The notes under the pieces were generated by a model, which did not search any database, had not been told where the DNA came from, and saw nothing but the letters and a program-made list of their open reading frames with translations. From Candidatus Desulfaltia sp. (lineage in GTDB: Bacteria > Acidobacteriota > Aminicenantia > Aminicenantales > UBA8522): a stretch of 59,020 nucleotides of DNA. The position numbers and the translations under genes were made by a program. Each line of letters opens with the position of its first letter. Position 1 is the stretch's first letter. Location: the NCBI GenBank assembly GCA_035528895.1, contig DATKXS010000184.1:1-59020 (forward strand). The letters run 5' to 3'. Of the stretch, positions 10,133 to 19,033 are shown one piece after another.

Positions 10133-11893
10133 ATGAATTGGAAAAAAACCTTCTGGTTCGGACTCCTGCTTTTCGCGGTCATCGCCTTCCTCCGGGTCTC
10201 CGCCTTCGCCCCGGAAGACGTCGAAAATTGCGTTTCCTGCCGCTCCGATCTCTCCTCCGAGGCCTGTACCGTCATCATCGTCGGCAAAGACGCTTCGGTC
10301 GACGGCTCGGTCATGACCACCCATACCTGCGACTGCGGGGTCTGTGATTGGACTTTTCGCTACATCCCCGCCGCCGATTGGCCGGCCGGCTCGACCCGCA
10401 AGATCTACCACATCGATCAGTTCCACGCCTACCCGCCGGAAGTCGGCCTGAAGTGGGAGAGGATCAAGGACAACTTCACCGGCCTGGAGATCCCTCAACC
10501 CGCCCAGACTTACGGCTACATCCACGGCTCCTTCGGCTACATGAATGACAACCAGGTGGCCATCGGCGAGTCGACGATCGGCAGCCAGAAGAAAATGGAG
10601 AACAACACCCCGACCGCCAAGCTCGATATCACCATGCTGACCCTGATCGCCATGGAGAGGGCCGCGACGGCGCGCGAGGCCATCAAGATTATGGGCGAAC
10701 TGGCCGAGAAATACGGCTACGGGTTCACCGACACGGGCGAAATGCTGGCCTTGGCCGACCCCAACGAGGTCTGGATCTTCGAGATCATGGCGGTCGGCCC
10801 GTTATGGACGCCCCAGAGCGGGAAGCCGGGTGCGGTTTGGTGCGCCCAGCGCGTCCCCGATGACCACGTCAGCGTCTGCCCGAACGAGTCCCGGATCGGC
10901 GAGATCGACCTGAAGAACCCCGATTATTTCATGTTCTCGCCGAACGTCGTCTCTTTCGCCGTCGAACAGAAGTTCTACGATCCCAAGAGCGGGAAACCGT
11001 TTAACTGGAAGCGGGCCTATTCGCCGAACGAGGTCAGCGCCGCCTCGACCAACGGGTCGCGCGTCCGGCTGTGGCGGTTCTTCGACCTCGTCGCGCCCTC
11101 CCAGAAGTTCAGCCCGGAGACGCCGAATATGGACCTCCCCTTCTCCATCAAACCGGAAAAGAAGCTCTCGGTCCAAGACGTCATGATGATGACGAGGGAC
11201 AAGTGCGAGGGGACGCCGTTTGACCCCGCCCGCGGACTGCAGGGCGGACCGTTCGCCAACCCCAACTTCCTCCCTTACGGTTTCGAGCTCGAGGGCCAGA
11301 GATACAACACCTCGCGCATCATCAGCGTCAACCGCGCCGAGTACGTGACCGTGACCCAGTGCCGGAGCGGATTTCCCAATCCCATCGGCGGGATCGTCTG
11401 GCTGGCCTTCGGCTCCCAGGACACCTCCTGCTACATGCCTTTCTACATCGGCGTCACCGAGATCCCGAAATCCTTCGAGGTCGGCGACCACTGGACCTTC
11501 AGCCGCGATTCGGCGCGCTGGGCCTTCGATTATGTCGACTTCCACACCCAGCCGCTCTATGCGCTGGCCATCCGGGACGTCCGCAAGGCCCAGGAGAAAT
11601 TCGAGCGGACGGCCGTCGAACGGGCGCCCGGGATCGACCGGATGGCCCTGGAGATCCATCAAAAGGACCCGGCCGAGGCCCGCCGGTTCCTGACGGACTA
11701 TTGCCTCAACAACGCCGCCGCGGTGATCAACGCCTGGTGGGAGCTGGGCGACAGCCTGCTCGTCAAGTACAACAAGCTCTGGATCTATGACGCCGGAACG
11801 CGCAAGCGCCTGCCGCTCAAGTTCCCCGATTGGTACCTCAAGTTGCTGGTCGAGCACAACCAGATCCCGCCGCAGACGCCGGAGAAACATTAG
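10133..11893 (+). CDS. Exported peptidase C69 (dipeptidase A/secernin, Ntn-hydrolase) family
   Basis: AGGAG RBS before ATG 10133, a signal peptide, the Cys nucleophile motif ACTVIIVGK..DGSVM, MNDNQVAIGEST and VCPNESRI. Confidence 0.88.
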   Translation: MNWKKTFWFGLLLFAVIAFLRVSAFAPEDVENCVSCRSDLSSEACTVIIVGKDASVDGSVMTTHTCDCGVCDWTFRYIPAADWPAGSTRKIYHIDQFHAYPPEVGLKWERIKDNFTGLEIPQPAQTYGYIHGSFGYMNDNQVAIGESTIGSQKKMENNTPTAKLDITMLTLIAMERAATAREAIKIMGELAEKYGYGFTDTGEMLALADPNEVWIFEIMAVGPLWTPQSGKPGAVWCAQRVPDDHVSVCPNESRIGEIDLKNPDYFMFSPNVVSFAVEQKFYDPKSGKPFNWKRAYSPNEVSAASTNGSRVRLWRFFDLVAPSQKFSPETPNMDLPFSIKPEKKLSVQDVMMMTRDKCEGTPFDPARGLQGGPFANPNFLPYGFELEGQRYNTSRIISVNRAEYVTVTQCRSGFPNPIGGIVWLAFGSQDTSCYMPFYIGVTEIPKSFEVGDHWTFSRDSARWAFDYVDFHTQPLYALAIRDVRKAQEKFERTAVERAPGIDRMALEIHQKDPAEARRFLTDYCLNNAAAVINAWWELGDSLLVKYNKLWIYDAGTRKRLPLKFPDWYLKLLVEHNQIPPQTPEKH

Positions 11894-11996
11894 CTGTTCT
11901 CTTTTTTAAGTCGTAAAGATCATCAACCTGATGAAAGAGGAGGGACTCCTCCACCAGTATTTTTCTTATCAGAAGTTTATCCACCAGAAAGACTGA

Positions 11997-12164
11997 TATG
12001 AACGCAATCATTTATGTTACGCTGTCATTGCGAGCGACCCTTGGGAGAGAAGCAATCCGGCCCTTGCTCCGTCATGAACATGGCGAGGGATCTCCGGGTT
12101 TGCTTCGGCTTCGCCTTGCCATCACTTCGTTACTGTCAATGACAGATCATTCAATGCGTTCATA
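11997..12164. repeat. REP/MITE-like nested palindrome
   Basis: Outer IR TATGAACGCA (11997) / TGCGTTCATA (12155). Inner IR TGTCATTG (12023) / CAATGACA (12137). The interior has GTCATTGCGAGCG..GAAGCAATC..TTGCTTCG, a REP-type motif. Confidence 0.7.
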
Positions 12165-12181
12165 GCAGAGAGGAGGCGAAC

Positions 12182-13531
12182 ATGAAAAAGCCGCTGCTTC
12201 TGATCATTACACTCTGTCTTTTCCTCGGTCTCGACCTGGCCGCCCAGTTCGGCTATCGCTACACCAATCCCGAGCTGCGCGAACTCATCAGGAAGGGCAA
12301 GCTGGACGAGCTCCTCGTCCCGATCTTGGAAGAATTCGGGATCGACTGTTGGGTCACCCTGACTCGCGATCCCTGCGACGACATGACCAACGTGATCTGG
12401 GAACGGAGGATCCAGCTCGACCCGATCGTCGAATACATCGGCGGCGAGGAGGTCAAGGTTCCGGCCGCCTTCATCTTCACGACGGCGGACCAACGGATCG
12501 CCATCGCCGCCGTGGGAGACGCCAAGGCGGTCGAGGACACGGGGATCTACAAAAAGGTCCTGACATACGCCTATAACAGGGAACAAGGCCACACGGAATT
12601 CCTGGAGAAGCTCGGAAAAACACTTCGGGAGCTCAACCCCAGGACCATCGGCCTCAATTTTTCGGAGGACGAAGGTGTGGCCGACGGGCTGAGCTACGGG
12701 ATGAAGATGATGTTCGACCGGGCAGCCGGTCCGGAGCTCGCCTCGCGGGTCGTTTCGGCCGAGAAGATCGTCGTCTCGCTGTGGAACCGCAAGGTCGCCG
12801 CCGAAGTCCAGCTCATCGAAAAATCGAGCCGCAAGTCGGCCGAGATCACCCTGGAAGCGCTCCGCATGGTCAATCCGGGTGTGACGACGGCCAGGGGGAT
12901 CTTCAATTACATAAGAAGAAGAGTCAAGGAAGAGGGGATGGAGCCGGGCTGGCAGGAATGGTGGTGCCCAACCGTCAGCGTGAGCGCCTTCCGGCTGGGG
13001 AGGCCGCCCTCCGACAAGGTCATCGAGCGGGGTGATCTCATCGTCATCAACTCGGGATTCCTCCTGGAAGGTCATATGTCGGACCTGAATAAGGCCGCCT
13101 ATGTCCTCAGGGAAGGAGAGAAAGAGCCGCCGGAGCTCGTCAAGAAGCTATTCGCCACCGGTCTCGAAGCCACCCGGGCTGCGGTCGCGAAGATCAAGCC
13201 CGGCGCCACGGGATACGAAGTCGACCGGGCGGCGAGAGATGTCGTCACCAAGGCCGGCTTTCCCGAATACGGGCACGCCACCGGCCACACGACCGGGGTG
13301 TGGGTGCACGGACTGGGCGCCATTCTCGGCCCGCCCTGGAAGGCTTACGGCGAAAAGATCCACATGAAGATCCACGAGAACGACATCTATGCCGTTGAGC
13401 CTAGCCTCGGAGCTTACTCCGAGCCGCATGGAGGCCATCTCAGGATGCATTTCCAGGAGATGGTGATCGTCGAGAAGGCAGGGGCCCGCTACCTAACGCC
13501 GCCCCTGACGGAGCTCATCCTGATCCAATGA
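12182..13531 (+). CDS. Exported M24 (Xaa-Pro aminopeptidase) family metallopeptidase
   Basis: Signal peptide, creatinase-like N-domain, SDLNK, GHATGHTTGVWVHG, EPS and FQEM. RBS AGGAGG. Confidence 0.85.
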   Translation: MKKPLLLIITLCLFLGLDLAAQFGYRYTNPELRELIRKGKLDELLVPILEEFGIDCWVTLTRDPCDDMTNVIWERRIQLDPIVEYIGGEEVKVPAAFIFTTADQRIAIAAVGDAKAVEDTGIYKKVLTYAYNREQGHTEFLEKLGKTLRELNPRTIGLNFSEDEGVADGLSYGMKMMFDRAAGPELASRVVSAEKIVVSLWNRKVAAEVQLIEKSSRKSAEITLEALRMVNPGVTTARGIFNYIRRRVKEEGMEPGWQEWWCPTVSVSAFRLGRPPSDKVIERGDLIVINSGFLLEGHMSDLNKAAYVLREGEKEPPELVKKLFATGLEATRAAVAKIKPGATGYEVDRAARDVVTKAGFPEYGHATGHTTGVWVHGLGAILGPPWKAYGEKIHMKIHENDIYAVEPSLGAYSEPHGGHLRMHFQEMVIVEKAGARYLTPPLTELILIQ

Positions 13532-13553
13532 GAAGCGCCTCGAGTCGATTGTC

Positions 13554-14561
13554 TTGTTGAAAAAAGAACTCGTTCCCGGCTGGCTGCTGATGGTCGCGGT
13601 CGGCGTCCTCTCCATATTCCTCTCCAACCTGGTCGTGGCCGGCGGAAAGCATCCCCTCGAGGCGACCGCGCTGGCCGTTATCATCGGCATCCTCGCCCGA
13701 AATCTGGGCCTCGTGCCCGCCCTCTTCCATGCCGGCATCAAACAATTCGAAAAGCCGCTCATCTGGGGCGTCATCCTCATCGGCGCAACGCTGAACTTCA
13801 GGGACATCGGCTCCCAGGGCCCCCAGATGCTGACGATCATCCTGGTGACCATGACCGTCAGCTATTTCGTGATCTACGCTCTGGGCCGGCTGTTCCAACT
13901 CTCCCCCACCCTGTCGACGCTTCTCTCGGTAGGCACGACCATCTGCGGCGGCTCGGCCATCGCCATCACCGCACCGCTGATCAAGGCGAAAGAGGAAGAG
14001 ACGTGTTATGCCATCGGGACGATCACGCTCTGGGGGTTGGCGGCCATCCTTTTTTATCCCCAGATCGCCAGGGCCCTCGGAGTGGGCGACATCGCTTTCG
14101 GGGTGTTCGCCGGCACGGCCATCCATGCCACCCCCCAGGTCGTCGGGGCAGGGTTCATTTTCTCCGACCTGGCCGGGAAGACGGCCACGGCCGTCAAGCT
14201 CGTCCGCAACTGTTTCATGGCCCCGCTGGCCTTTTTGATCGCCGCCTGGTTCACCAGGACCTATCTTCAGGCCGCCGCCAAGGAAAAAAAGCGGGTCAAC
14301 TGGACGAAGGCCTTCCCCTGGTTCCTCTTCGGCTACTTCGTCATGGCCGGGCTCAACACCGCCGGCTATTTCTCGGCCAAAGGCGTGAGCGGCCTGACCT
14401 GGCTGGGGCGGATTCTGATCGTCGTCTCCATGGCCGGGATCGGGCTCAATACGGTCTTCAGTGCATTCAAAAAGGTCGGGCTCAAACCGCTCGTCGTCGG
14501 CCTTCTCGGAGCGCTGGTCGTCGCCGCCTGCAGCATCCTGATGATCCACCTATTGCTGTAA
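13554..14561 (+). CDS. YeiH/UPF0324 family membrane transporter
   Basis: About 10 TM helices. GTTICGGSAIA, GTAIHATPQVVG and VKLVRN. Confidence 0.9.
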   Translation: MLKKELVPGWLLMVAVGVLSIFLSNLVVAGGKHPLEATALAVIIGILARNLGLVPALFHAGIKQFEKPLIWGVILIGATLNFRDIGSQGPQMLTIILVTMTVSYFVIYALGRLFQLSPTLSTLLSVGTTICGGSAIAITAPLIKAKEEETCYAIGTITLWGLAAILFYPQIARALGVGDIAFGVFAGTAIHATPQVVGAGFIFSDLAGKTATAVKLVRNCFMAPLAFLIAAWFTRTYLQAAAKEKKRVNWTKAFPWFLFGYFVMAGLNTAGYFSAKGVSGLTWLGRILIVVSMAGIGLNTVFSAFKKVGLKPLVVGLLGALVVAACSILMIHLLL

Positions 14562-14689
14562 CGTAGAGGGGACGTCCCCCGCGGAGCCACGCTTCTCCCC
14601 CCGCATAAAAACATTCTTATTGCGATCTCGCCTTATCAGGTCAAGTTGAGACTTTTTCTGTTTGAATTCAAAAACGGCAAGGTGTCCCT

Positions 14690-15130
14690 TTAGGGAACGT
14701 CCCCCAGGTGCAGGCCGAGGACGAGGGCGTCCTCGGGGGGGATGGTGTAATAGCCCTTCCGGATCGCCAGCAGCTTGAACCCGAGCTTCTTGTAGAGCGA
14801 CACAGCCGCCGTGTTGGACGGCCGGACCTCCAGGCTGATCAGACGCGCTCCGCGGAATTTCACCTGCTCGATGACCTGGCGCAACACTTGTTCGCCGATT
14901 CCCATCCCCCGGAAATCGGGATGGAGGGCGATATTGTTGATCTGGACATCCTCACCGATCACCCAGAACATAACGTAGCCGATGACCCGGTTGAGCGTCG
15001 TCTGGACGATGACCAGCGGAAAAGAGATGGGGCGGTGTTGGAGCTCTCCCCGGAAGGTTGTTTCGTGCCAGGGATGAGGGAAGGATAGCTCTTCGATCTC
15101 CAGGACGGACCGGAGGTCGTTTATCTCCAT
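14690..15130 (-). CDS. rimI: Ribosomal-protein-alanine N-acetyltransferase RimI
   Basis: SFPHPW, NIALHPDFRGMGIG, LEVRPSNTAAVSLYKKLGF and RKGYY. Adjacent to tsaB. Confidence 0.93.
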   Translation of the reverse strand: MEINDLRSVLEIEELSFPHPWHETTFRGELQHRPISFPLVIVQTTLNRVIGYVMFWVIGEDVQINNIALHPDFRGMGIGEQVLRQVIEQVKFRGARLISLEVRPSNTAAVSLYKKLGFKLLAIRKGYYTIPPEDALVLGLHLGDVP

Positions 15131-15171
15131 CCGCCGCAGGTGGTAGAACTTTTCGGCGAGTTTTCCGCGCT

Positions 15172-15852
15172 CTATTTCTTATCCTCCGCCTGGGACTTGC
15201 GATAATAAAGCGGCTCGAGGGCTTCAGCGCTCACCCCTTTGCCCTTCCTCAAGATCTCGTCTCCGATGAGTCCGACCTCGAAACCGATGAACAGCGAGCG
15301 CGACGATAGCCGTGCCTTGTCCTTGAGGTAGGCCAGGATCTTCTCCTTATAAACCTCGACTCCGGTCCCGATGAAGTGGATGACCCGGTGAGCCGGCAGC
15401 CGGGCGAGCAAAGCGTCGGGTCCATAGGCCCCCTCCTTGATGACCGCCTTGAGGCTTCTGCCCTGCAGCTCGAAGAGCGCCGCGAAGACCTCGCCCTTTT
15501 TGGCATCGATCATCGGGCAGAACAGGCGGCCCTGCGTCTCCTGGAGCTTCATGGCCAGAGCGGCGAGGCTGGACACCGGAGCGACCGATTTTCGAGAGGC
15601 GAAGGCGAAGGCCTTGATGGTGCTGAGCCCGATCCGGATTCCGGTGAAAGAGCCGGGCCCGGCGGCCACGGCGAATCCATCGATTTCCTGGATCTCGAGC
15701 GAATTTCTCTTCAGCAGATAGTCGACGGACCGGAGGAGGCGGGAGGAATGGGTGGAGGGGGATGCGGCGTTGATCTCGGCCAGGAGCCTGGTATCTTCAA
15801 GCAGGGCGACCGAGCCGCTGCCGGTGGTCGTGTCGAGCGCCAGGATGCGCAT
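15172..15852 (-). CDS. tsaB: tRNA threonylcarbamoyladenosine biosynthesis protein TsaB
   Basis: MRILALDTT, HSSRLL, GPGSFTGIRIG, IDAKKGEVF and EPLYYRKSQAE. Confidence 0.95.
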   Translation of the reverse strand: MRILALDTTTGSGSVALLEDTRLLAEINAASPSTHSSRLLRSVDYLLKRNSLEIQEIDGFAVAAGPGSFTGIRIGLSTIKAFAFASRKSVAPVSSLAALAMKLQETQGRLFCPMIDAKKGEVFAALFELQGRSLKAVIKEGAYGPDALLARLPAHRVIHFIGTGVEVYKEKILAYLKDKARLSSRSLFIGFEVGLIGDEILRKGKGVSAEALEPLYYRKSQAEDKK

Positions 15853-15853
15853 C

Positions 15854-16402
15854 TCAGTCTTTCCGTCCGGACGACCGGCCGAAGGCAAAGAGGTCTCCCG
15901 CCCGGAAGATATCCCGCTGGACAGCGCTCATCGGCTCCAGCGAAAAGGCCTGTTTCTTGCTCAGGTTATGCCCTCGGCCGTTCAGGAAATCGACCTCGAC
16001 CTCATCGCCCGTCTCCATCTTCCGTCCAGCTACGAGTGAATCGAGCTCGACACACCTCAGGATGGGAAGCCCGGAATTGACGGCGTTCCGGAAATAGATC
16101 GATGAATAGGAAGGAGCCAGGATGACGCCGACCTTCAGGGCGGTGAAACAGTCCACGGCCTGCTGGCGTGAGGAGCCGGCACCGAAGTTCCTTCCGGCGA
16201 CGACGATGTCTCCGGGATTGGCCTTTTTTGGGAAATCCTTCCAACCTTCAAGGTTTCCCAGGGCATATTGCCCCATCTCGGCGATTTCGGTGATGTGCAG
16301 GAAGGGGTTGTGGAAGATCTGGTCGGTATCGATGTCTTCAATCAGCCTTCCGGACCCATCGGCGAGAACCCAGACGCGGCCGCGGTGAGTTGATTTATCC
16401 AT
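15854..16402 (-). CDS. leuD: LeuD/HacB-type dehydratase small subunit, copy 1 (divergent)
   Basis: DIDTDQI, GDIVVAGRNFGAGSSRQQA and IYFRNAVNSGLP. Start MDKSTH at 16402. Confidence 0.85.
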   Translation of the reverse strand: MDKSTHRGRVWVLADGSGRLIEDIDTDQIFHNPFLHITEIAEMGQYALGNLEGWKDFPKKANPGDIVVAGRNFGAGSSRQQAVDCFTALKVGVILAPSYSSIYFRNAVNSGLPILRCVELDSLVAGRKMETGDEVEVDFLNGRGHNLSKKQAFSLEPMSAVQRDIFRAGDLFAFGRSSGRKD

Positions 16403-16403
16403 G

Positions 16404-17654
16404 TCACAGATCCTCCAGTCCGGCGATGTGCCCCAGGACACAGGAAGCGGCCACGACGGCGGGGCCGGCCAGGTAGGTCCGGCCCTTCCCCTGCTTTCCG
16501 GGAAAGTTGCGGTTCCCCGTGCTGATCTGGACCTCTCCCCGGCCCGTCAGTCCGACGTGGCCCTCGGCGCAGCCGCCGCAGCCGGGATTGACGACGATGG
16601 CGCCGGCCTCGAACAGGTCCTGCAGAATCCCCTTGGCCAGGAGCTCCTTGTAGACGCGGCGGGTCGCCGGGACGATCTTGAGCATGATGCCTTTCCTGAC
16701 GCCGCGGCCTTTTAGGATATGGGCCGCGACGGCGAAATCCTCGACCCGGCCGTTGGTGCAGGAGCCGATAAACCCCGAGTCGATCTTCGTCCCGCCAAGC
16801 TCGGTCACGGTCTTAACGTTGGCCGGAGAGGGCGGCGCCGCCACCTGAGGAGGAAGTCCCTGGAGGTCGATCTCGATCGTCTCGGCATAACCGGCATCCT
16901 TGTCTGCCACCAAGGGAGAGAAAGGAACTCCGGAGAACGCTTCGCTCTCTTCCCTGGCCGCCGGGCTGCATTCCGGGATGAATCCGATGATCCCGGCCAT
17001 CTCCGTCACCATGCTGCAAAGCGTCAGGCGGCCGGCCAGCGAAAGTCCGGCGACCGCGGGCCCGTAGAATTCGGCCGAGCAAAGGGCGATCTTCTTTGTC
17101 CCCAGCTCTTTCAATAGATACAACGTCAGATCTTTCGCCGAAGTCGGCGGTTTGAACGTTCCTTTCAGCACGACCTTGACGCTCTCCGGCACCTCGAACC
17201 ACGTCCGGCCGGTGCGGAAGGCGAAGGTGATGTCAACATCGCCCATTCCCTGGCCGAAGGTGCCGAGCGCACCCAAGATGTTCATGTGGCTGTCCGTGCC
17301 GACGACCGTACCGTTGGTTCGAGCCAACCCTTCCTCCATCAGGACATGGGTGCCGATGCCGCTATCCACGTCGTAAACCTCCACTCCGTACTTCCGGGCG
17401 AAGTCGCGGCAAACCTGTTGATTATCCGCATATTTGAGGGTGCAGGCCGGGGCGCAGAGGTCGAAGGTGAAGAACGTCTTGGCCTTGTCCGCGAGGGGGA
17501 GCCCCGCATATTCCCGCTCGTAGTTTTTGACAACATTAGGGCCCCCGAAATCCCGGGCCGAGCGGATGTCCAGGTCCATCCAGACGATCTTCCCCGGCGC
17601 GACCTCGTCGGCCGTGTGGGCCTGGATGATCTTTTCGATGACCGTTTTTCCCAT
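16404..17654 (-). CDS. leuC: LeuC/HacA-type aconitase-family dehydratase large subunit, copy 1 (divergent)
   Basis: GTDSH, GSCTNGR, PGCGGC and STGNRNFPGKQG. The three Fe-S cysteines are present. Confidence 0.88.
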   Translation of the reverse strand: MGKTVIEKIIQAHTADEVAPGKIVWMDLDIRSARDFGGPNVVKNYEREYAGLPLADKAKTFFTFDLCAPACTLKYADNQQVCRDFARKYGVEVYDVDSGIGTHVLMEEGLARTNGTVVGTDSHMNILGALGTFGQGMGDVDITFAFRTGRTWFEVPESVKVVLKGTFKPPTSAKDLTLYLLKELGTKKIALCSAEFYGPAVAGLSLAGRLTLCSMVTEMAGIIGFIPECSPAAREESEAFSGVPFSPLVADKDAGYAETIEIDLQGLPPQVAAPPSPANVKTVTELGGTKIDSGFIGSCTNGRVEDFAVAAHILKGRGVRKGIMLKIVPATRRVYKELLAKGILQDLFEAGAIVVNPGCGGCAEGHVGLTGRGEVQISTGNRNFPGKQGKGRTYLAGPAVVAASCVLGHIAGLEDL

Positions 17655-17668
17655 CCGCGGTGCTCCTG

Positions 17669-18784
17669 TCAGAGTCTGTCCGCCACGGCCCGGGCAACGT
17701 CGAGAGTCGTCGAAGTCCCGCCCATGTCATAGGTGCGGACCTTCCCCTCCTTGATGACCGCGGCGATGGCCTCTTCCAGGCGCCTTCCCTTTTCGGCCTC
17801 GCCCAGCCACTCGAGCATCATCTTGGCGGCCAGGAAAGTGGCCAGGGGGTTGACCTTGTACATCCCGGCGTACTTGGGCGCGGAGCCGTGGGTCGGCTCG
17901 AAGACGGCATACTTATCGCCGATGTTCCCGGCCGAGGCGAACCCCAGCCCGCCGACGAGCTGGGCGCTGAGGTCGGAGATGATATCGCCGAAGAGGTTCT
18001 CGGCGACCAAGACGTCGTAATCATGCGGGTTCTTGACCAGCCACATGCACATGGCATCCACGTTGGCTTCCTTGAGGGGGATCCCGGGGTATTCCTTGGC
18101 AACGGCCCGGGCGATGTCCAGCATCAGCCCGCCCGTCTCCCGGAGCACATTGGGCTTCTCGACGATGGTGACCGAGCGGCGCTTGAACTCGCGGGCGTAT
18201 TCGAAGGCCGCCCGGACGATCCGGGTGCAGCCTTTTTTGGTCATGATCCGGGTGGATATGGCGATCTCGTCGAGAGGAGTCTCCTTGAAGGCCTTCATCT
18301 TGGGATGGACGAGCAGCGCGTCCCGGACCGCCTGGGGCAACGGATGGAACTCCACCCCGGCGTACATGCCCTCGGTGTTCTCCCTGAAGATCACCAGGTC
18401 AATATTGTCCCGGTAGTTCAGCGGGTTCCCGGGAAAGGCTTTGCAGGGCCGGCGGTTGGTGTAGAGGTCGAACTCCTGGCGGAGCCTGACGATCGGGCTG
18501 AAATAGGAAAGTCCTTTGCCCTTGAGCGAGGGATCGAGCTCGGCGGCGGCGTCCTCCTTCGGCTTCGAGGTGATGGCGCCGAAGAGGCAGACGTCGGTCT
18601 CCTTGAGCATCTTGATGGTGCGGTCGGGAAGAGCGTTTCCCTCCTTACACCAGAATTCCCAGCCGATGTCAGCGTAGACATATTCTGCGTCCACGGCCAG
18701 CTTGTTGAGGACCATCATGGCCGCTTCGATGACGTCCCCTCCCACACCGTCTCCGGGCAACACGGCGATCTTGTACTTAGCCAT
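17669..18784 (-). CDS. Isocitrate/homoisocitrate/isopropylmalate dehydrogenase family protein
   Basis: IAVLPGDGVG, RENTEGMY, NLFGDIISD and EPTHGSAPKYAG. Confidence 0.92.
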   Translation of the reverse strand: MAKYKIAVLPGDGVGGDVIEAAMMVLNKLAVDAEYVYADIGWEFWCKEGNALPDRTIKMLKETDVCLFGAITSKPKEDAAAELDPSLKGKGLSYFSPIVRLRQEFDLYTNRRPCKAFPGNPLNYRDNIDLVIFRENTEGMYAGVEFHPLPQAVRDALLVHPKMKAFKETPLDEIAISTRIMTKKGCTRIVRAAFEYAREFKRRSVTIVEKPNVLRETGGLMLDIARAVAKEYPGIPLKEANVDAMCMWLVKNPHDYDVLVAENLFGDIISDLSAQLVGGLGFASAGNIGDKYAVFEPTHGSAPKYAGMYKVNPLATFLAAKMMLEWLGEAEKGRRLEEAIAAVIKEGKVRTYDMGGTSTTLDVARAVADRL

Positions 18785-18840
18785 ATTCAGCTCCTTTCAT
18801 GGGCAGCAAAAATGTAGCATATTTACCCGAAAAGAGGAAG

Positions 18841-18974
18841 AAAAATGGGGACGGGCCAAAGAAATGGGGGCCAGCCAAAAAAATGGAGACGGGTCATTTT
18901 TTTTAATATCCCTCTCCCTTGATGGGAGAGGGTGGAGGGAGAGGGTGAAAAAAAATAGAACCGTCCCCATTTTT
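18841..18974. repeat. Composite REP-like palindrome
   Basis: Perfect 14-bp IR AAAAATGGGGACGG / CCGTCCCCATTTTT. It encloses tandem degenerate copies and the hairpin CCCTCTCCC-ttgat-GGGAGAGGG at 18910-18932. Confidence 0.75.
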
Positions 18975-19033
18975 CTCATCTTTACACCGGGCAAAGATTT
19001 CCATACAATGACCGCACGCACAGGAGGTCGCAG

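Noticed and set aside
14567-14705. GGGGACGTCCCC palindrome and a similar sequence at the rimI 3' end
   Set aside because: Short and partly within coding sequence. It may be a REP remnant or bidirectional terminator, but the evidence is too weak.
18841-18900. Three tandem AAATGG(G/A)G.C.. units considered as a mini-CRISPR
   Set aside because: The units are degenerate, have no spacers of CRISPR length, and no cas genes are present. They are better explained as REP-like.
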